The notes beneath the pieces are model-generated. The model made no database searches. It had not been told where the DNA came from and saw only the letters and a program-made list of their open reading frames with translations. From the NCBI GenBank assembly GCA_958295785.1, contig OY282377.1:3534896-3598895 (forward strand): a DNA stretch of 64,000 nt, in the 5' to 3' direction. Both the position numbers and the translations under genes were made by a program. The DNA is from an uncultured Latescibacterota bacterium (GTDB lineage Bacteria; Latescibacterota; UBA2968). Of this stretch, positions 20,183 to 29,469 are shown in pieces (position 1 is the first letter of the stretch; each line of letters starts with the position of its first letter).

Positions 20183-20896
20183 ATGAACGAAAAATTGATA
20201 CAGCGGATTGTCGCCGAAGTGGTGCGGCGGTTGAGAGCACTAGAGGGAATCGCGGCTTGCGAACCGGTTGATCCGCCAGTGAATTTGGTGACGGAAGAAC
20301 GGGTCAAATCCGCACTCAACCGCGGCGGCGATGCGGTTTATGTGACGCCCAATGCCATTGTGACGCCATTGGCGCGCGATCTGATCAGGCAGCAAAAAGT
20401 GCGTCTGGTAGTGGCTACCGATGACGCGGTGATTCAATCGCAGAAATCGGATGGGGTGGCGATTGGGGCAGACCACACGGGTTTTGAGTCGAAGAAACAG
20501 ATCGCGCAAATGTTGCGAGATGCCGGGCGAGAGGTGATGGATTGTGGCGTGCATGGCCCGCAAGAGACCTCTTATGTCGATATAACAAAAAAGGTGGCGG
20601 ATGCGGTCACAGAGAACAATTTAATGACGGGCATTGTCGTTGATGGAAATGGCATGGCTGCTGCCATCGTTGCCAACAAAGCAAAGGGGATTCGCGCCGT
20701 GTCCTGCCACGATGTGACCTCGGCCAAATTTGCCCGCGCCCATGTGGATGCCAATGTGTTGTGTCTCGGCGTGGACATTGTGGGCCCCACAGTGGCAAAA
20801 GAGATCATCGCCACCTGGTTGAGCACGCCATTTGAAGGCGGGCAATACGCCGTGCGCGTTCGGGAAATTGACGCTGTGGCGCGTGAGAATCAGTAA
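20183..20896 (+). CDS. RpiB/LacAB-family sugar-phosphate isomerase with approx 90-aa N-terminal extension
   Basis: C-terminal approx 145 aa match the RpiB fold (IGADHTGF...DGNGMAAAIVANK...CHD). Confidence 0.55.
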   Translation: MNEKLIQRIVAEVVRRLRALEGIAACEPVDPPVNLVTEERVKSALNRGGDAVYVTPNAIVTPLARDLIRQQKVRLVVATDDAVIQSQKSDGVAIGADHTGFESKKQIAQMLRDAGREVMDCGVHGPQETSYVDITKKVADAVTENNLMTGIVVDGNGMAAAIVANKAKGIRAVSCHDVTSAKFARAHVDANVLCLGVDIVGPTVAKEIIATWLSTPFEGGQYAVRVREIDAVARENQ

Positions 20897-21104
20897 GAGA
20901 AGGCTATCGGCAACCAGCTTGAGCCTCGACCATCCCCCCTTGAAGACGACTTGTTTTGCTGGCTACTTCCCGCTGATACCGACCGCCAAACCGAAAAGTT
21001 GAAGGTTGACTCTATGTGGAGAAATCCGTATATTTTTTTTGTTTCTAATCGGGAGTTGTTTTCCACACTTTGGAGTCTGCGTGCAGGACGATGATCTGAC
21101 GGGC

Positions 21105-21539
21105 ATGAAACTCGCCCTTGAAGAAGCCCGAGCCGCAACACGCGAACGCGAAGTGCCCGTTGGTGCGGTTGTGATGTGCAATGGCGAGGTCATCGCACGA
21201 GATCACAATCGCGTTGTTCAACGAGATGATCCCACAGCGCATGCCGAAATGCTCGTTCTTCGGCAGGCCACGCAAAAAATGGGGGTTCGGTGGCTGAATG
21301 ACTGCGCGCTTTACACGACGCTCGAACCCTGTGCGATGTGTGCAGGTGCGATGGTGCTCGCCCGATTGTCCCGGTTGGTCTTTGGCGCGTGCGATCCCAA
21401 AACCGGGGCGTGTGGTTCCTTGAGAAATATTGTCGAAGACAAACGCCTGAATCGCCGCTTGGCCGTGCGACGAGGGGTTTTGGAAGAAGAATGCAGTCAG
21501 ATATTGCGGGCGTTTTTTCAAACTTTGCGAAAAAAATAA
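21105..21539 (+). CDS. tadA: tRNA-specific adenosine deaminase
   Basis: HAEMLVL and PCAMCAGA zinc-binding deaminase motifs; alternative GTG start at 21081. Confidence 0.8.
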   Translation: MKLALEEARAATREREVPVGAVVMCNGEVIARDHNRVVQRDDPTAHAEMLVLRQATQKMGVRWLNDCALYTTLEPCAMCAGAMVLARLSRLVFGACDPKTGACGSLRNIVEDKRLNRRLAVRRGVLEEECSQILRAFFQTLRKK

Positions 21540-21547
21540 AATATTGC

Positions 21548-21637
<90 letters not shown>

Positions 21638-21693
21638 AAAACAAGTGATCAGCACGCCCAAAAAATGGCGTGCGAAAAGTCGAAAACCATTGT

Positions 21694-21783
<90 letters not shown>

Positions 21784-21822
21784 AAAACAAACGATCACCG
21801 ACAGCTATTTTACGAGGTCGTT

Positions 21823-22197
21823 ATGCCGCATCCCATTCGCATCACAGTTGGCGATATTCAACTCGACGCGCAGTTGAACGATTCGGAAACAGCGCGCAAA
21901 ATTTACGAGCTTTTGCCACTCAATTGTTCGTTTAATACCTGGGGCGACGAGATTTATTTTGCGATTCCCCTTGAAATGGGGCCCGAAGACCCACGAGAAA
22001 CCGTGTCGCTAAACGAACTCGGGTATTGGCCTCCGGGTCATGCGTTCTGCATTTTTTACGGATTGACCCCGGCCAGTCGGGATGGCAGTGAAATTCGCCC
22101 GGCGAGTCCCGTCAATATCATCGGTCGGGTTCTGGACGATGCCACGGTGCTCAAGTCCGCATCGGGCGCGCATAACATTGCGGTCGAAGCCGTTTAG
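21823..22197 (+). CDS. Cyclophilin-like fold protein (DUF3830-like)
   Basis: IRITVGDIQLDAQLNDSETARKIYELLP...NTWGDEIYF...GYWPPGHAFCIFYG...IRPASPVNIIG pattern. Confidence 0.55.
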   Translation: MPHPIRITVGDIQLDAQLNDSETARKIYELLPLNCSFNTWGDEIYFAIPLEMGPEDPRETVSLNELGYWPPGHAFCIFYGLTPASRDGSEIRPASPVNIIGRVLDDATVLKSASGAHNIAVEAV

Positions 22198-22198
22198 G

Positions 22199-22275
<77 letters not shown>

Positions 22276-22356
22276 AAAAATAATTGTCAGGGGTCGGTGT
22301 CCTGTCCCATTGGCGTTGGACGGGGAACTGAGTTCTGATCGCAGTTTAGATTTTCA

Positions 22357-22629
22357 GGTCGTGCTAGACGGGGAGATAGCGGTGCCCTGTAGCCCGCAAT
22401 CCGCTATAGCGGGGTCGAATTCCACGTCTGAGAACCGGTATTTTGGATCGCGGTCAACGAGTAAGCAGTGTTGATCGTCAGGTCCTGCGCAACGTGCCTA
22501 TGCCGAATCCCGTCAGGACCGGAAGGTAGCAGCGGTAAGCAAATCGGCGCGTGTGCCGCAGGGGCACCTGGCAGGAGCCCGCGCTCGTTGAACGCCCTGG
22601 GATAGCGGTTCGAAGCGCGGTGCACGGCC
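22357..22629 (+). ncRNA. ffs: Signal recognition particle RNA, long (Bacillus-type, Alu-domain-containing) form
   Basis: GUCGUGCUAGACGGGGAGAUAGCGGUGCCCUGUAGCCCGCAAUCCGC and GUCAGGACCGGAAGGUAGCAGC and GUGUGCCGCAGGGG and GGUGCACGGCC blocks closely match B. subtilis scRNA from memory; T-run follows; upstream of dnaX as in Bacillus. Confidence 0.75.
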
Positions 22630-22665
22630 TTTTTTTGTTTTTTTCAAAGCCCTTTTGGAGTTTTT

Positions 22666-24396
22666 ATGTCTTACACGGTAATGGCGCGAAAGCGGAGGCC
22701 ACAGGCATTTGAAACCGTGGTCGCACAAAGCCATGTAACCACCACATTGCAAAACGCCATTCGGCTGGGGCGCGTGGCGCAGTCCTACTTGTTTTCCGGG
22801 CCGCGGGGAACGGGCAAGACCACCACGGCGCGCTTGCTCGCTATGGCACTCAATTGCGATCAGGGGCCGACCTCTGAACCGTGTGGACAGTGTGCTTCGT
22901 GCGTTGCCATTCGGCAGGGCAACAGCATGGATGTGCTAGAGATCGACGGGGCTTCAAACCGCGGGATCGACGAAATCAGACAATTGCGCGAAGAGGTGGG
23001 ATACGCGGCTTCGCAGGGCAAGCGCAGGGTTTATATCATCGACGAAGTTCACATGCTAACCACCGAGGCGTTTAATGCCCTGCTCAAAACGCTCGAAGAA
23101 CCGCCAGCGCACGTCGTGTTTGTGTTTGCGACGACCGAATCCCACAAGGTGCCCGAAACGATTTTGTCGCGCTGCCAGCGATACAATTTTCGGCGCATTC
23201 CGGCCGCGGCAATTGTGGAAGAACTCAAAATAGCCGTGGCCGAAGAGGGCGTAAAAGCCGAAGAATCCGCGCTGTTTTTGATCGCCCGAAAAGCCGATGG
23301 CGGCATGCGCGATGCGTTGAGCTTGCTCGATCAGGTCATTGCCTTTTCAGAGGCCGGCATTGCCGAAGATGCGGTGCAAAATTTACTGGGGCTGATTCCC
23401 CGAGATGTGTATTTCGATCTGACCCAAGCGATTGTGGAGCGGGATGGCAGCCGGGCACTGGGCGTTTTGGATAATCTGATGCGCGAAGGCAGCGACCTCA
23501 GCGAATTTGTGGCGGGTCTGATGGCGCATTTTCGGCATCTATTGGTCGCCCGTGCCGTGGGCAAATTGACAGATGAAAATTTGCCAGAAGCCGATAGCAA
23601 GCAATACACAGAGGTTGCAGCGCAATTTGAAGAGCCGGATCTCGTGCGTATGCTCAATGCCGTGGGCGAGTTGGAAACGCAGATCAGCCGCGTGACCGAG
23701 CCTCGATTCTGGCTCGAATTGACGGTTATGAAACTCGTGCAGATGACGGCGAGCGTGGATTTGCAGGTTTTGATCGGTCGCTTGGAGCAACTCGAGCGCG
23801 ACTTAAAACGCCGTGGAACAGTATCTGCACGCACGCCAGCCGCCATTCGGAACTCGCCCAGGCCCAAAACACCTTCTCAAAACACAACATCGCCCGGGCG
23901 AAACAGCAACATCAGACCAGCACCCCCTCAAAGGGCAACCGATTCCAAACCCCCTCTCGCAGCACAACCGCAGGGTAATGGTCGGGGCGCGTCAGAAACG
24001 CCGCGGATTGCAGAAAACGCACCGCCAATTGTATCCAATGGCAAGCCGCCAGACCCTTCGGTTGTAGAAGACAGGTGGGCGCAACTCGTGCAAGCGGTGA
24101 AAGACAAAAAAATTTCACTGGGCACATTTTTGGATGAAGGCCGCCTGCAATCCCTGGATGGAAAGCGTTTGGTGGTGGCTTTTGAAAAGGACCGCGAATT
24201 TCACGCCAATCAGGTGCGGCGCAACCGCGCATTGGTCGAAGAAGTGGCAGGGGGTGTTTTTGGAGGCACAGTCACCATTTCGTGCGAGGTCGTGTACGAT
24301 AACGACAACGCGCAAATCCCGGAGGAGAAAGGCCCGGAAAACGACGAGCGCGTGCAGATGGTGATGCAGGTGTTCGGCGGGGAAGTGATCGGGTAA
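22666..24396 (+). CDS. dnaX: DNA polymerase III subunit gamma/tau
   Basis: Walker A GPRGTGKTT, zinc module CGQCASC, DEVHML; low-complexity Pro/Ser-rich linker. Confidence 0.85.
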   Translation: MSYTVMARKRRPQAFETVVAQSHVTTTLQNAIRLGRVAQSYLFSGPRGTGKTTTARLLAMALNCDQGPTSEPCGQCASCVAIRQGNSMDVLEIDGASNRGIDEIRQLREEVGYAASQGKRRVYIIDEVHMLTTEAFNALLKTLEEPPAHVVFVFATTESHKVPETILSRCQRYNFRRIPAAAIVEELKIAVAEEGVKAEESALFLIARKADGGMRDALSLLDQVIAFSEAGIAEDAVQNLLGLIPRDVYFDLTQAIVERDGSRALGVLDNLMREGSDLSEFVAGLMAHFRHLLVARAVGKLTDENLPEADSKQYTEVAAQFEEPDLVRMLNAVGELETQISRVTEPRFWLELTVMKLVQMTASVDLQVLIGRLEQLERDLKRRGTVSARTPAAIRNSPRPKTPSQNTTSPGRNSNIRPAPPQRATDSKPPLAAQPQGNGRGASETPRIAENAPPIVSNGKPPDPSVVEDRWAQLVQAVKDKKISLGTFLDEGRLQSLDGKRLVVAFEKDREFHANQVRRNRALVEEVAGGVFGGTVTISCEVVYDNDNAQIPEEKGPENDERVQMVMQVFGGEVIG

Positions 24397-24450
24397 GACG
24401 CAATTAGCTATCGGCTTTTGGCTTTCAGCTGTCAGTCTAAGGAGAAAAAA

Positions 24451-24780
24451 ATGGCAAAAAGCATGGGTGCCATGATGAAGCAGGCTCAAAAATTACAGGC
24501 CAAACTGGCCAAGGTGCAAAAAGAACTGGGGGCAAAAGAGGTCGAGGCAACCTCGGGCGGGGGCATGGTGACGGTGCGGGCGAATGGGCATCAGGAGATT
24601 TTGTCCGTGAAAATCAATCCCGAAGTCGTCGATCCCGAAGATGTGGACATGCTGGAAGACCTCGTGCTGGCAGCGATTCAGCAGGCGCGGGAAAAATCAG
24701 CGGAAATGGCCGAAGCGGAAATGCAAAAAGCCACAGCGGGGCTGATTCCCCCGGGCATGAATATGCCGGGGTTCATGTAA
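24451..24780 (+). CDS. ybaB: Nucleoid-associated protein YbaB/EbfC
   Basis: MAKSMGAMMKQAQKLQ...GGGMVTVRANGHQEILSVKINPEVVDPEDVDMLEDLV; AAGGAG RBS; conserved dnaX-ybaB-recR context. Confidence 0.85.
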   Translation: MAKSMGAMMKQAQKLQAKLAKVQKELGAKEVEATSGGGMVTVRANGHQEILSVKINPEVVDPEDVDMLEDLVLAAIQQAREKSAEMAEAEMQKATAGLIPPGMNMPGFM

Positions 24781-24799
24781 AGGAGAAAGGAGTAACGTC

Positions 24800-25207
24800 A
24801 TGCCAGCGAGACTTTTGGCTGTATTCGTTTTGATGTCGTTCTCAGGCGTTGCTTTTGGTGCTTCATCTCCTTCTTCAACCAATCCAAGTGTTGAAGAAAG
24901 ATTGGCGACACTTGAAACGACCATGAAACTTCAATATGAAGCCTTGAGCAAGCAGATTGAGGCAAATCACCAGGCCACGCTTAAGTTGATTGAGGCGAAT
25001 CACCAGGCCACGCTTAAGTTGATCGAAGTTACGAATAATCGAATTGATACATTGAACAACTGGGTCATCGCTTTATTCGGAGCTATGGTGGCCTGTGTCG
25101 TGGCCGCTGTAACGTATGCGTTAGGGCTTTGGAAAACTCCCAAGAAAGATAAAACCGTGGCAACGGAAGCAAACGCGAACAGGTCAGAAGTAAGCCATAC
25201 CGCGTGA
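24800..25207 (+). CDS. Small protein: signal peptide, hendecad (11-aa) coiled-coil repeats x2, C-terminal TM helix (cassette copy 1, gene A)
   Basis: AGGAGAAAGGAG RBS; KQIEANHQATL repeated; TM WVIALFGAMVACVVAAVTYALGLW. Confidence 0.45.
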   Translation: MPARLLAVFVLMSFSGVAFGASSPSSTNPSVEERLATLETTMKLQYEALSKQIEANHQATLKLIEANHQATLKLIEVTNNRIDTLNNWVIALFGAMVACVVAAVTYALGLWKTPKKDKTVATEANANRSEVSHTA

Positions 25208-25272
25208 TTTGTTGATTGGCATTTATCCGCGCAGATATGAACGCGATCAACCTTTTCACCATAGAGGTAGCA

Positions 25273-25530
25273 ATGGCTGCGACAATTGAAGAATTGGACA
25301 AACGACAAGCGGTTTTAGAAGTTCAACAAAAAACTTTGGAAACCGAACAGCGAACCCCTGCACAAGGGCATACCGACCTTCGGGAACGCCAAACCCGGGT
25401 AGAGGAAACGGATAGGCGAATATTAGAGCAGTTGGCGTTTATCCGCGTTGAGATTGGAGAAGTTAGAACCAATATTAGGGAAGTTAAAACCTTTTTTACT
25501 TGGTTCGTCAGCCTCGTCGTGGCGATCTGA
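25273..25530 (+). CDS. Small coiled-coil protein with truncated C-terminal hydrophobic tail (cassette copy 1, gene B)
   Basis: Start at MAATIEEL after GAGGT RBS; a 30-bp deletion relative to copy 2 creates an early stop after SLVVAI. Confidence 0.4.
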   Translation: MAATIEELDKRQAVLEVQQKTLETEQRTPAQGHTDLRERQTRVEETDRRILEQLAFIRVEIGEVRTNIREVKTFFTWFVSLVVAI

Positions 25531-25688
25531 ACTGAGCATGACCGCGTCTAATTTTGACGCCTGAGAGTCATTTGTGCAGGCGCGAGAATACCGGGAAAAC
25601 GCGCTTACAATGGCCTGGCCTATAAAGGCCAGAACAAAGATGCGAGGATAGAAACGTAGGTGCCCGAAAATGCAAGAAGGAGTACGTC

Positions 25689-26117
25689 ATGCCAGCGAGA
25701 CTTTTGGCTGTATTCGTTTTGATGTCGTTTTCAGGGGGTGCTTTTGGTGCGTCACCAAATCCAAGTGTTGAAGAAAGATTGGCGACACTTGAAACGACCA
25801 TGAAACTTCAATATGAAGCCTTGAGCAAGCAGATTGAGGCGACCCACCAGTCCACACTCAAGCAGATTGAGACGATCCATCTGTCCACACTCAAACAGAT
25901 TGAGGCGAATCACCAGTCCACGCTTAAGTTGATCGAAGTTACGAATAATCGAATTGATACATTGAACAACTGGGTCATCGCTTTATTCGGAGCTATGGTA
26001 GCCTGTGTCGTGGCCGCTGTAACGTATGCGTTAGGGCTTTGGAGAACGCCCAAGAAAGATAAAACCGTGGCAACGGAAGCAAATGCGAACAGGTCAGAAG
26101 TAAGCCATACCGCGTGA
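25689..26117 (+). CDS. Small protein: signal peptide, hendecad repeats x3, C-terminal TM (cassette copy 2, gene A)
   Basis: Identical 5' end and RBS to copy 1; one extra 11-aa unit (KQIEATHQSTL KQIETIHLSTL KQIEANHQSTL). Confidence 0.45.
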   Translation: MPARLLAVFVLMSFSGGAFGASPNPSVEERLATLETTMKLQYEALSKQIEATHQSTLKQIETIHLSTLKQIEANHQSTLKLIEVTNNRIDTLNNWVIALFGAMVACVVAAVTYALGLWRTPKKDKTVATEANANRSEVSHTA

Positions 26118-26182
26118 TTTGTTGATTGGCATTTATCCGCGCAGATATGAACGCGATCAACCTTTTCACCATAGAGGTAGCA

Positions 26183-26455
26183 ATGGTTGCGACAATTGAA
26201 GAATTGGACAAACGACAAGCGGTTTTAGAAGTTCAACAAAAAACTTTGGAGACCGAACAGCGAACCCCTGCACAAGGGCATACCGACCTTCGGGAACGCC
26301 AAACCCGGGTAGAGGAAACGGATAGACGAATATTAGAGCAGTTGGCGTTTATCCGCGTTGAGATTGGCGCGGTCAAAACCTTTTTTACTTGGTTTGTCAG
26401 CCTCGTCGTGGCGATTGGCATTTTGATTGTCGGCCTGTTGAACTATCTGAACTGA
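26183..26455 (+). CDS. Small coiled-coil protein with full C-terminal TM helix (cassette copy 2, gene B)
   Basis: FFTWFVSLVVAIGILIVGLLNYLN tail; near-identical to 25273-25530 otherwise. Confidence 0.4.
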   Translation: MVATIEELDKRQAVLEVQQKTLETEQRTPAQGHTDLRERQTRVEETDRRILEQLAFIRVEIGAVKTFFTWFVSLVVAIGILIVGLLNYLN

Positions 26456-26494
26456 GCATGACCGCTTTGTATTCTTCAACGCTTGGAGTTTCAA

Positions 26495-27088
26495 ATGGCA
26501 TCAGAAGCCATTGAAAAATTGATTGTCGGTTTGAATCGGTTGCCCGGAATCGGCGCCAAATCAGCGCGGCGCATCGCGCTGGATATGCTGACATGGGATA
26601 CGGAAGCGGTGCGCTCACTCGCCGATTTGATGGTCGATGTCAAGACTCGAGTGCGCCGTTGCTCAATCTGTTTTAATCTGACCGAGGTCGAACCGTGTTC
26701 TGTGTGTAGCGACGTGCGGCGAGATCGCTCCCGAGTGATGGTGATCGATTTTATCGGCGACTTGTTGGCATTTGAGCGCACGGGGCTTTATCGCGGGCTT
26801 TACCATGTGCTGGACGGGCGGATTTCGCCCTTGGACGGCGTTGGCCCAGAGGATTTAAATATTTCCCAACTGTTGCACCGCTTGCGCCAGGGGGAAATCC
26901 GCGAAGTGATTTTAGCCAATGGCCCAACAGTCGAAGGCGATGCCACCGCGCAATACCTGTCTCGGTGTTTGGCGCCTTATGAGGTGTCTGTCACGCAAAT
27001 TGCACGCGGGTTGCCCGTGGGCAGCGATCTCGCCCTGGCCGATCAAGTGACCTTGTCGCGCGCGCTGGAAGGACGTCGGGAGTACTAA
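26495..27088 (+). CDS. recR: Recombination protein RecR
   Basis: HhH LPGIGAKSARRIA, C4 zinc finger CSICFN...CSVCSD, Toprim region; GGAG RBS. Confidence 0.85.
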   Translation: MASEAIEKLIVGLNRLPGIGAKSARRIALDMLTWDTEAVRSLADLMVDVKTRVRRCSICFNLTEVEPCSVCSDVRRDRSRVMVIDFIGDLLAFERTGLYRGLYHVLDGRISPLDGVGPEDLNISQLLHRLRQGEIREVILANGPTVEGDATAQYLSRCLAPYEVSVTQIARGLPVGSDLALADQVTLSRALEGRREY

Positions 27089-27730
27089 ATGCCCCAGGTA
27101 AATACCATAGAGCCGAATCGCATGACAGTGCCCAAACCGCGTCCCGCAAACCGGTTGTGGACCGTGCCCAATGTGTTGACCGTGTCGCGCTTGGTGCTCA
27201 CACCCGTGTTTTGGCTGTTGATTTTTGCCGCCAACTGGTATTTCAAAATCCTCGCGCTGTTGGTCTTTACCGTGGCCTCGTTGACCGATTTCTACGACGG
27301 GCGCATTGCGCGGCGCGACGGCACAGTGACCAATTTCGGTCGCTTTATGGATCCCCTTGCCGATAAACTGCTGGTGTCTTCGGCCCTGATCGCATTTGTG
27401 CGCCTAGGCATGATCGAAGCCTGGCTCATCGGCGCGATGCTCTTGCGCGATGTCGTGATCACCGGGTTGCGAATTCTTGCGATTCGGCGCGGCAAGCCCG
27501 TGGTGACCTCGCAACTCGCCAAGTGGAAAACCATGCTGCAACTGGTGCTCGTGTTTGGCATTCTGGTCTTTATCAACGTGCGCGTGGTCGAGGCCAAATT
27601 GGCCGCCCAACCCATTGTGCTCGTGGGCGATATTTCCTATTGGGTTTTGAATGCACTGGTGGCACTTGTCACCCTTGTCGCCGTGGTTTCAGGCGTTCGG
27701 TATTTGATCGAAAACCGAAAGGCGTTTTGA
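27089..27730 (+). CDS. pgsA: CDP-diacylglycerol--glycerol-3-phosphate 3-phosphatidyltransferase
   Basis: CDP-alcohol phosphatidyltransferase motif DGRIARR...G...DPLADKLL; 4-5 TM helices. Confidence 0.8.
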   Translation: MPQVNTIEPNRMTVPKPRPANRLWTVPNVLTVSRLVLTPVFWLLIFAANWYFKILALLVFTVASLTDFYDGRIARRDGTVTNFGRFMDPLADKLLVSSALIAFVRLGMIEAWLIGAMLLRDVVITGLRILAIRRGKPVVTSQLAKWKTMLQLVLVFGILVFINVRVVEAKLAAQPIVLVGDISYWVLNALVALVTLVAVVSGVRYLIENRKAF

Positions 27731-27740
27731 CGGAATTTCC

Positions 27741-28205
27741 ATGACCGATTTTCGACCCTCCAAGCCGCCGTTTTTTGTCCGGTTGATCGCAACCGGCTTT
27801 TTTTCTGGCTATTCGGTTTTCGCCCCCGGCACAGCGGGTTCATGCGTGGCACTGGCGATTTATTGCTTGTTGCCGCCGCTGAGCGCGTGGGCGTGGTGTG
27901 GCCTGTTGTCTGGGCTTTTTTTTCTGGGCGTTTATGCGTCCCGAGCCGGTGAAAAAGCATGGGGTAAAGATCCCAAATACGTGGTGATCGACGAGTTTCT
28001 CGGTTTTTTTGTCACGGTGAGCCTGCTTCCACAATCGGTGCTCATGGGCATTGTGGGGTTTGTCGCGTTTCGCATTTTAGATATCATCAAGCCACCGCCA
28101 GCCCGACAGGCCGAGGCATTGCCCGGAGGGTGGGGCATCGTGGCAGACGACGTCATCGCGGGCATTTACGGGCATCTGATTTTGCGCGGGTTGCTGATGT
28201 TGTAA
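27741..28205 (+). CDS. pgpA: Phosphatidylglycerophosphatase A
   Basis: GFFSGYSVFAPGTAGS PgpA signature, about 154 aa membrane protein, follows pgsA. Confidence 0.7.
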   Translation: MTDFRPSKPPFFVRLIATGFFSGYSVFAPGTAGSCVALAIYCLLPPLSAWAWCGLLSGLFFLGVYASRAGEKAWGKDPKYVVIDEFLGFFVTVSLLPQSVLMGIVGFVAFRILDIIKPPPARQAEALPGGWGIVADDVIAGIYGHLILRGLLML

Positions 28206-28220
28206 ATGCCCAATTATTCC

Positions 28221-28248
28221 TTGACTTTACACAAATGTTCACTATATT
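28221..28248 (+). promoter_or_regulatory. Putative sigma70-type promoter of recA (TTGACT - 16 nt - TATATT)
   Basis: Near-consensus -35/-10 hexamers about 60 bp upstream of the recA start. Confidence 0.4.
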
Positions 28249-28312
28249 CTCTGCGGCAGACGACGAGATAGACAGTGCCGCGATCCCCAACCTTTTGTAA
28301 GGAGAGATGCAG

Positions 28313-29374
28313 ATGGCAAAACGAAAAACGAAGAACAAGCCGCAAATTGAAGGCAAGGAGCAAGCCATTGAAAATGCAATTGCCCAAATCGAAAAGCAAT
28401 TTGGGCAAGGCTCAATTATGCGCTTGGGCGGCGAGGAAGCCGAGCCCGTCACAAAAGAGGTTATCCCCACCGGGTCTTTGAGCCTCGATGTGGCCTTGGG
28501 CGCAGGTGGCGTTCCGTATGGTCGCGTGGTCGAGATATTTGGCCCCGAAGGGTCGGGCAAGACCACCTTGATTTTGCACATCATTGCCGAGGCGCAAAAG
28601 CGCGGTGGCGTGACCGCTTTTGTCGATGCCGAACACGCCTTGAATGTGGAATTGGCCGAACGCCTGGGCGTGGATCTTTCAAATTTGTTGATCGCCCAGC
28701 CCGATTCGGGCGAAGAAGCCCTTGAAATTACCGATACCCTCGTGCGAAGCGGCGCGTTTGAAGTGGTGGCTTTAGACTCTGTGGCCGCGCTGGTGCCGCG
28801 CGCCGAACTCGAAGGCGAAATGGGCGATTCCCACATGGGCCTCCACGCCCGCCTGATGTCGCAAGCCCTCCGCAAAATGACCGGGTCGATCAGTCGGTCT
28901 AAAACCTGTCTGATTTTCGCCAATCAGATTCGCATGAAGATCGGCGTGATGTTCGGCAACCCAGAAACGACCACGGGCGGTCGCGCCCTTCCCTTTTACG
29001 CATCGGTGCGCCTGGACATTCGGCGCATCGGCTCCATCAAAGACGGGCAAGAAGTCATCGGCAATCGCGTGCGGATTCGCGTGGTGAAAAACAAGATGGC
29101 GCCGCCCTTCAAAGATTGCGAAGTCGATCTGATGTTCGGCGAGGGCATTTCCAAAGAAGGCAGCCTGATCGATATGGCCGAATTGCACGGCATCGTCAAA
29201 AAAAGCGGTACGTGGTTCTCTTGTGGCGACGAGCGGCTCGGGCAGGGGCGCGAAAATGTCAAGCGGCACCTGAAAGAAAACGCGGCCCTGGCTGCAAAAA
29301 TTGAACACCAAGTGCGCGAGATTGTGGGCCTGCCCGTCGATCCGGCATTTCAACTCGAGTCCGAACCCGCTTAA
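28313..29374 (+). CDS. recA: Recombinase RecA
   Basis: Walker [11 protein letters not shown]1/L2 loops, canonical RecA; second ATG chosen for RBS spacing (the ORF-track start is 28307). Confidence 0.9.
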   Translation: MAKRKTKNKPQIEGKEQAIENAIAQIEKQFGQGSIMRLGGEEAEPVTKEVIPTGSLSLDVALGAGGVPYGRVVEIFGPEGSGKTTLILHIIAEAQKRGGVTAFVDAEHALNVELAERLGVDLSNLLIAQPDSGEEALEITDTLVRSGAFEVVALDSVAALVPRAELEGEMGDSHMGLHARLMSQALRKMTGSISRSKTCLIFANQIRMKIGVMFGNPETTTGGRALPFYASVRLDIRRIGSIKDGQEVIGNRVRIRVVKNKMAPPFKDCEVDLMFGEGISKEGSLIDMAELHGIVKKSGTWFSCGDERLGQGRENVKRHLKENAALAAKIEHQVREIVGLPVDPAFQLESEPA

Positions 29375-29406
29375 GAGCTGTCTGAAAACCGCATTTTAGG
29401 CTTTGA

Positions 29407-29456
29407 CAACAGAGTGGGTTTGCCTATTTTAATACCCGCTCTGTTGTTCTTTTTTG
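29407..29456 (+). terminator. Intrinsic terminator after recA
   Basis: 12-bp stem CAACAGAGTGGG/CCCGCTCTGTTG then TTCTTTTTTG. Confidence 0.5.
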
Positions 29457-29469
29457 TAAAGGAGTTGGC

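Larger units (their letters stand above)
24781..26470 (+). repeat. Tandem direct duplication (period approx 890-925 bp) of a two-gene cassette between ybaB and recR
   Basis: Gene pairs at 24800/25273 and 25689/26183 are near-identical at nucleotide level, differing by indels of repeat units. Confidence 0.65.

Noticed and set aside
24940-25020. Short tandem nucleotide repeats (33-bp units) that could be mistaken for a CRISPR-like or VNTR array
   Set aside because: They lie inside a coding sequence and encode the hendecad coiled-coil repeats. There are no spacer/repeat alternation or cas genes. No CRISPR array was found anywhere in the window.
28227-28242. Possible LexA/SOS box in the recA promoter spacer (GAAC/GTTC-like half sites in ACAAATGTTCAC)
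   Set aside because: It is not a convincing palindrome and the lineage-specific LexA motif is unknown. Only the -35/-10 hexamers are reported.
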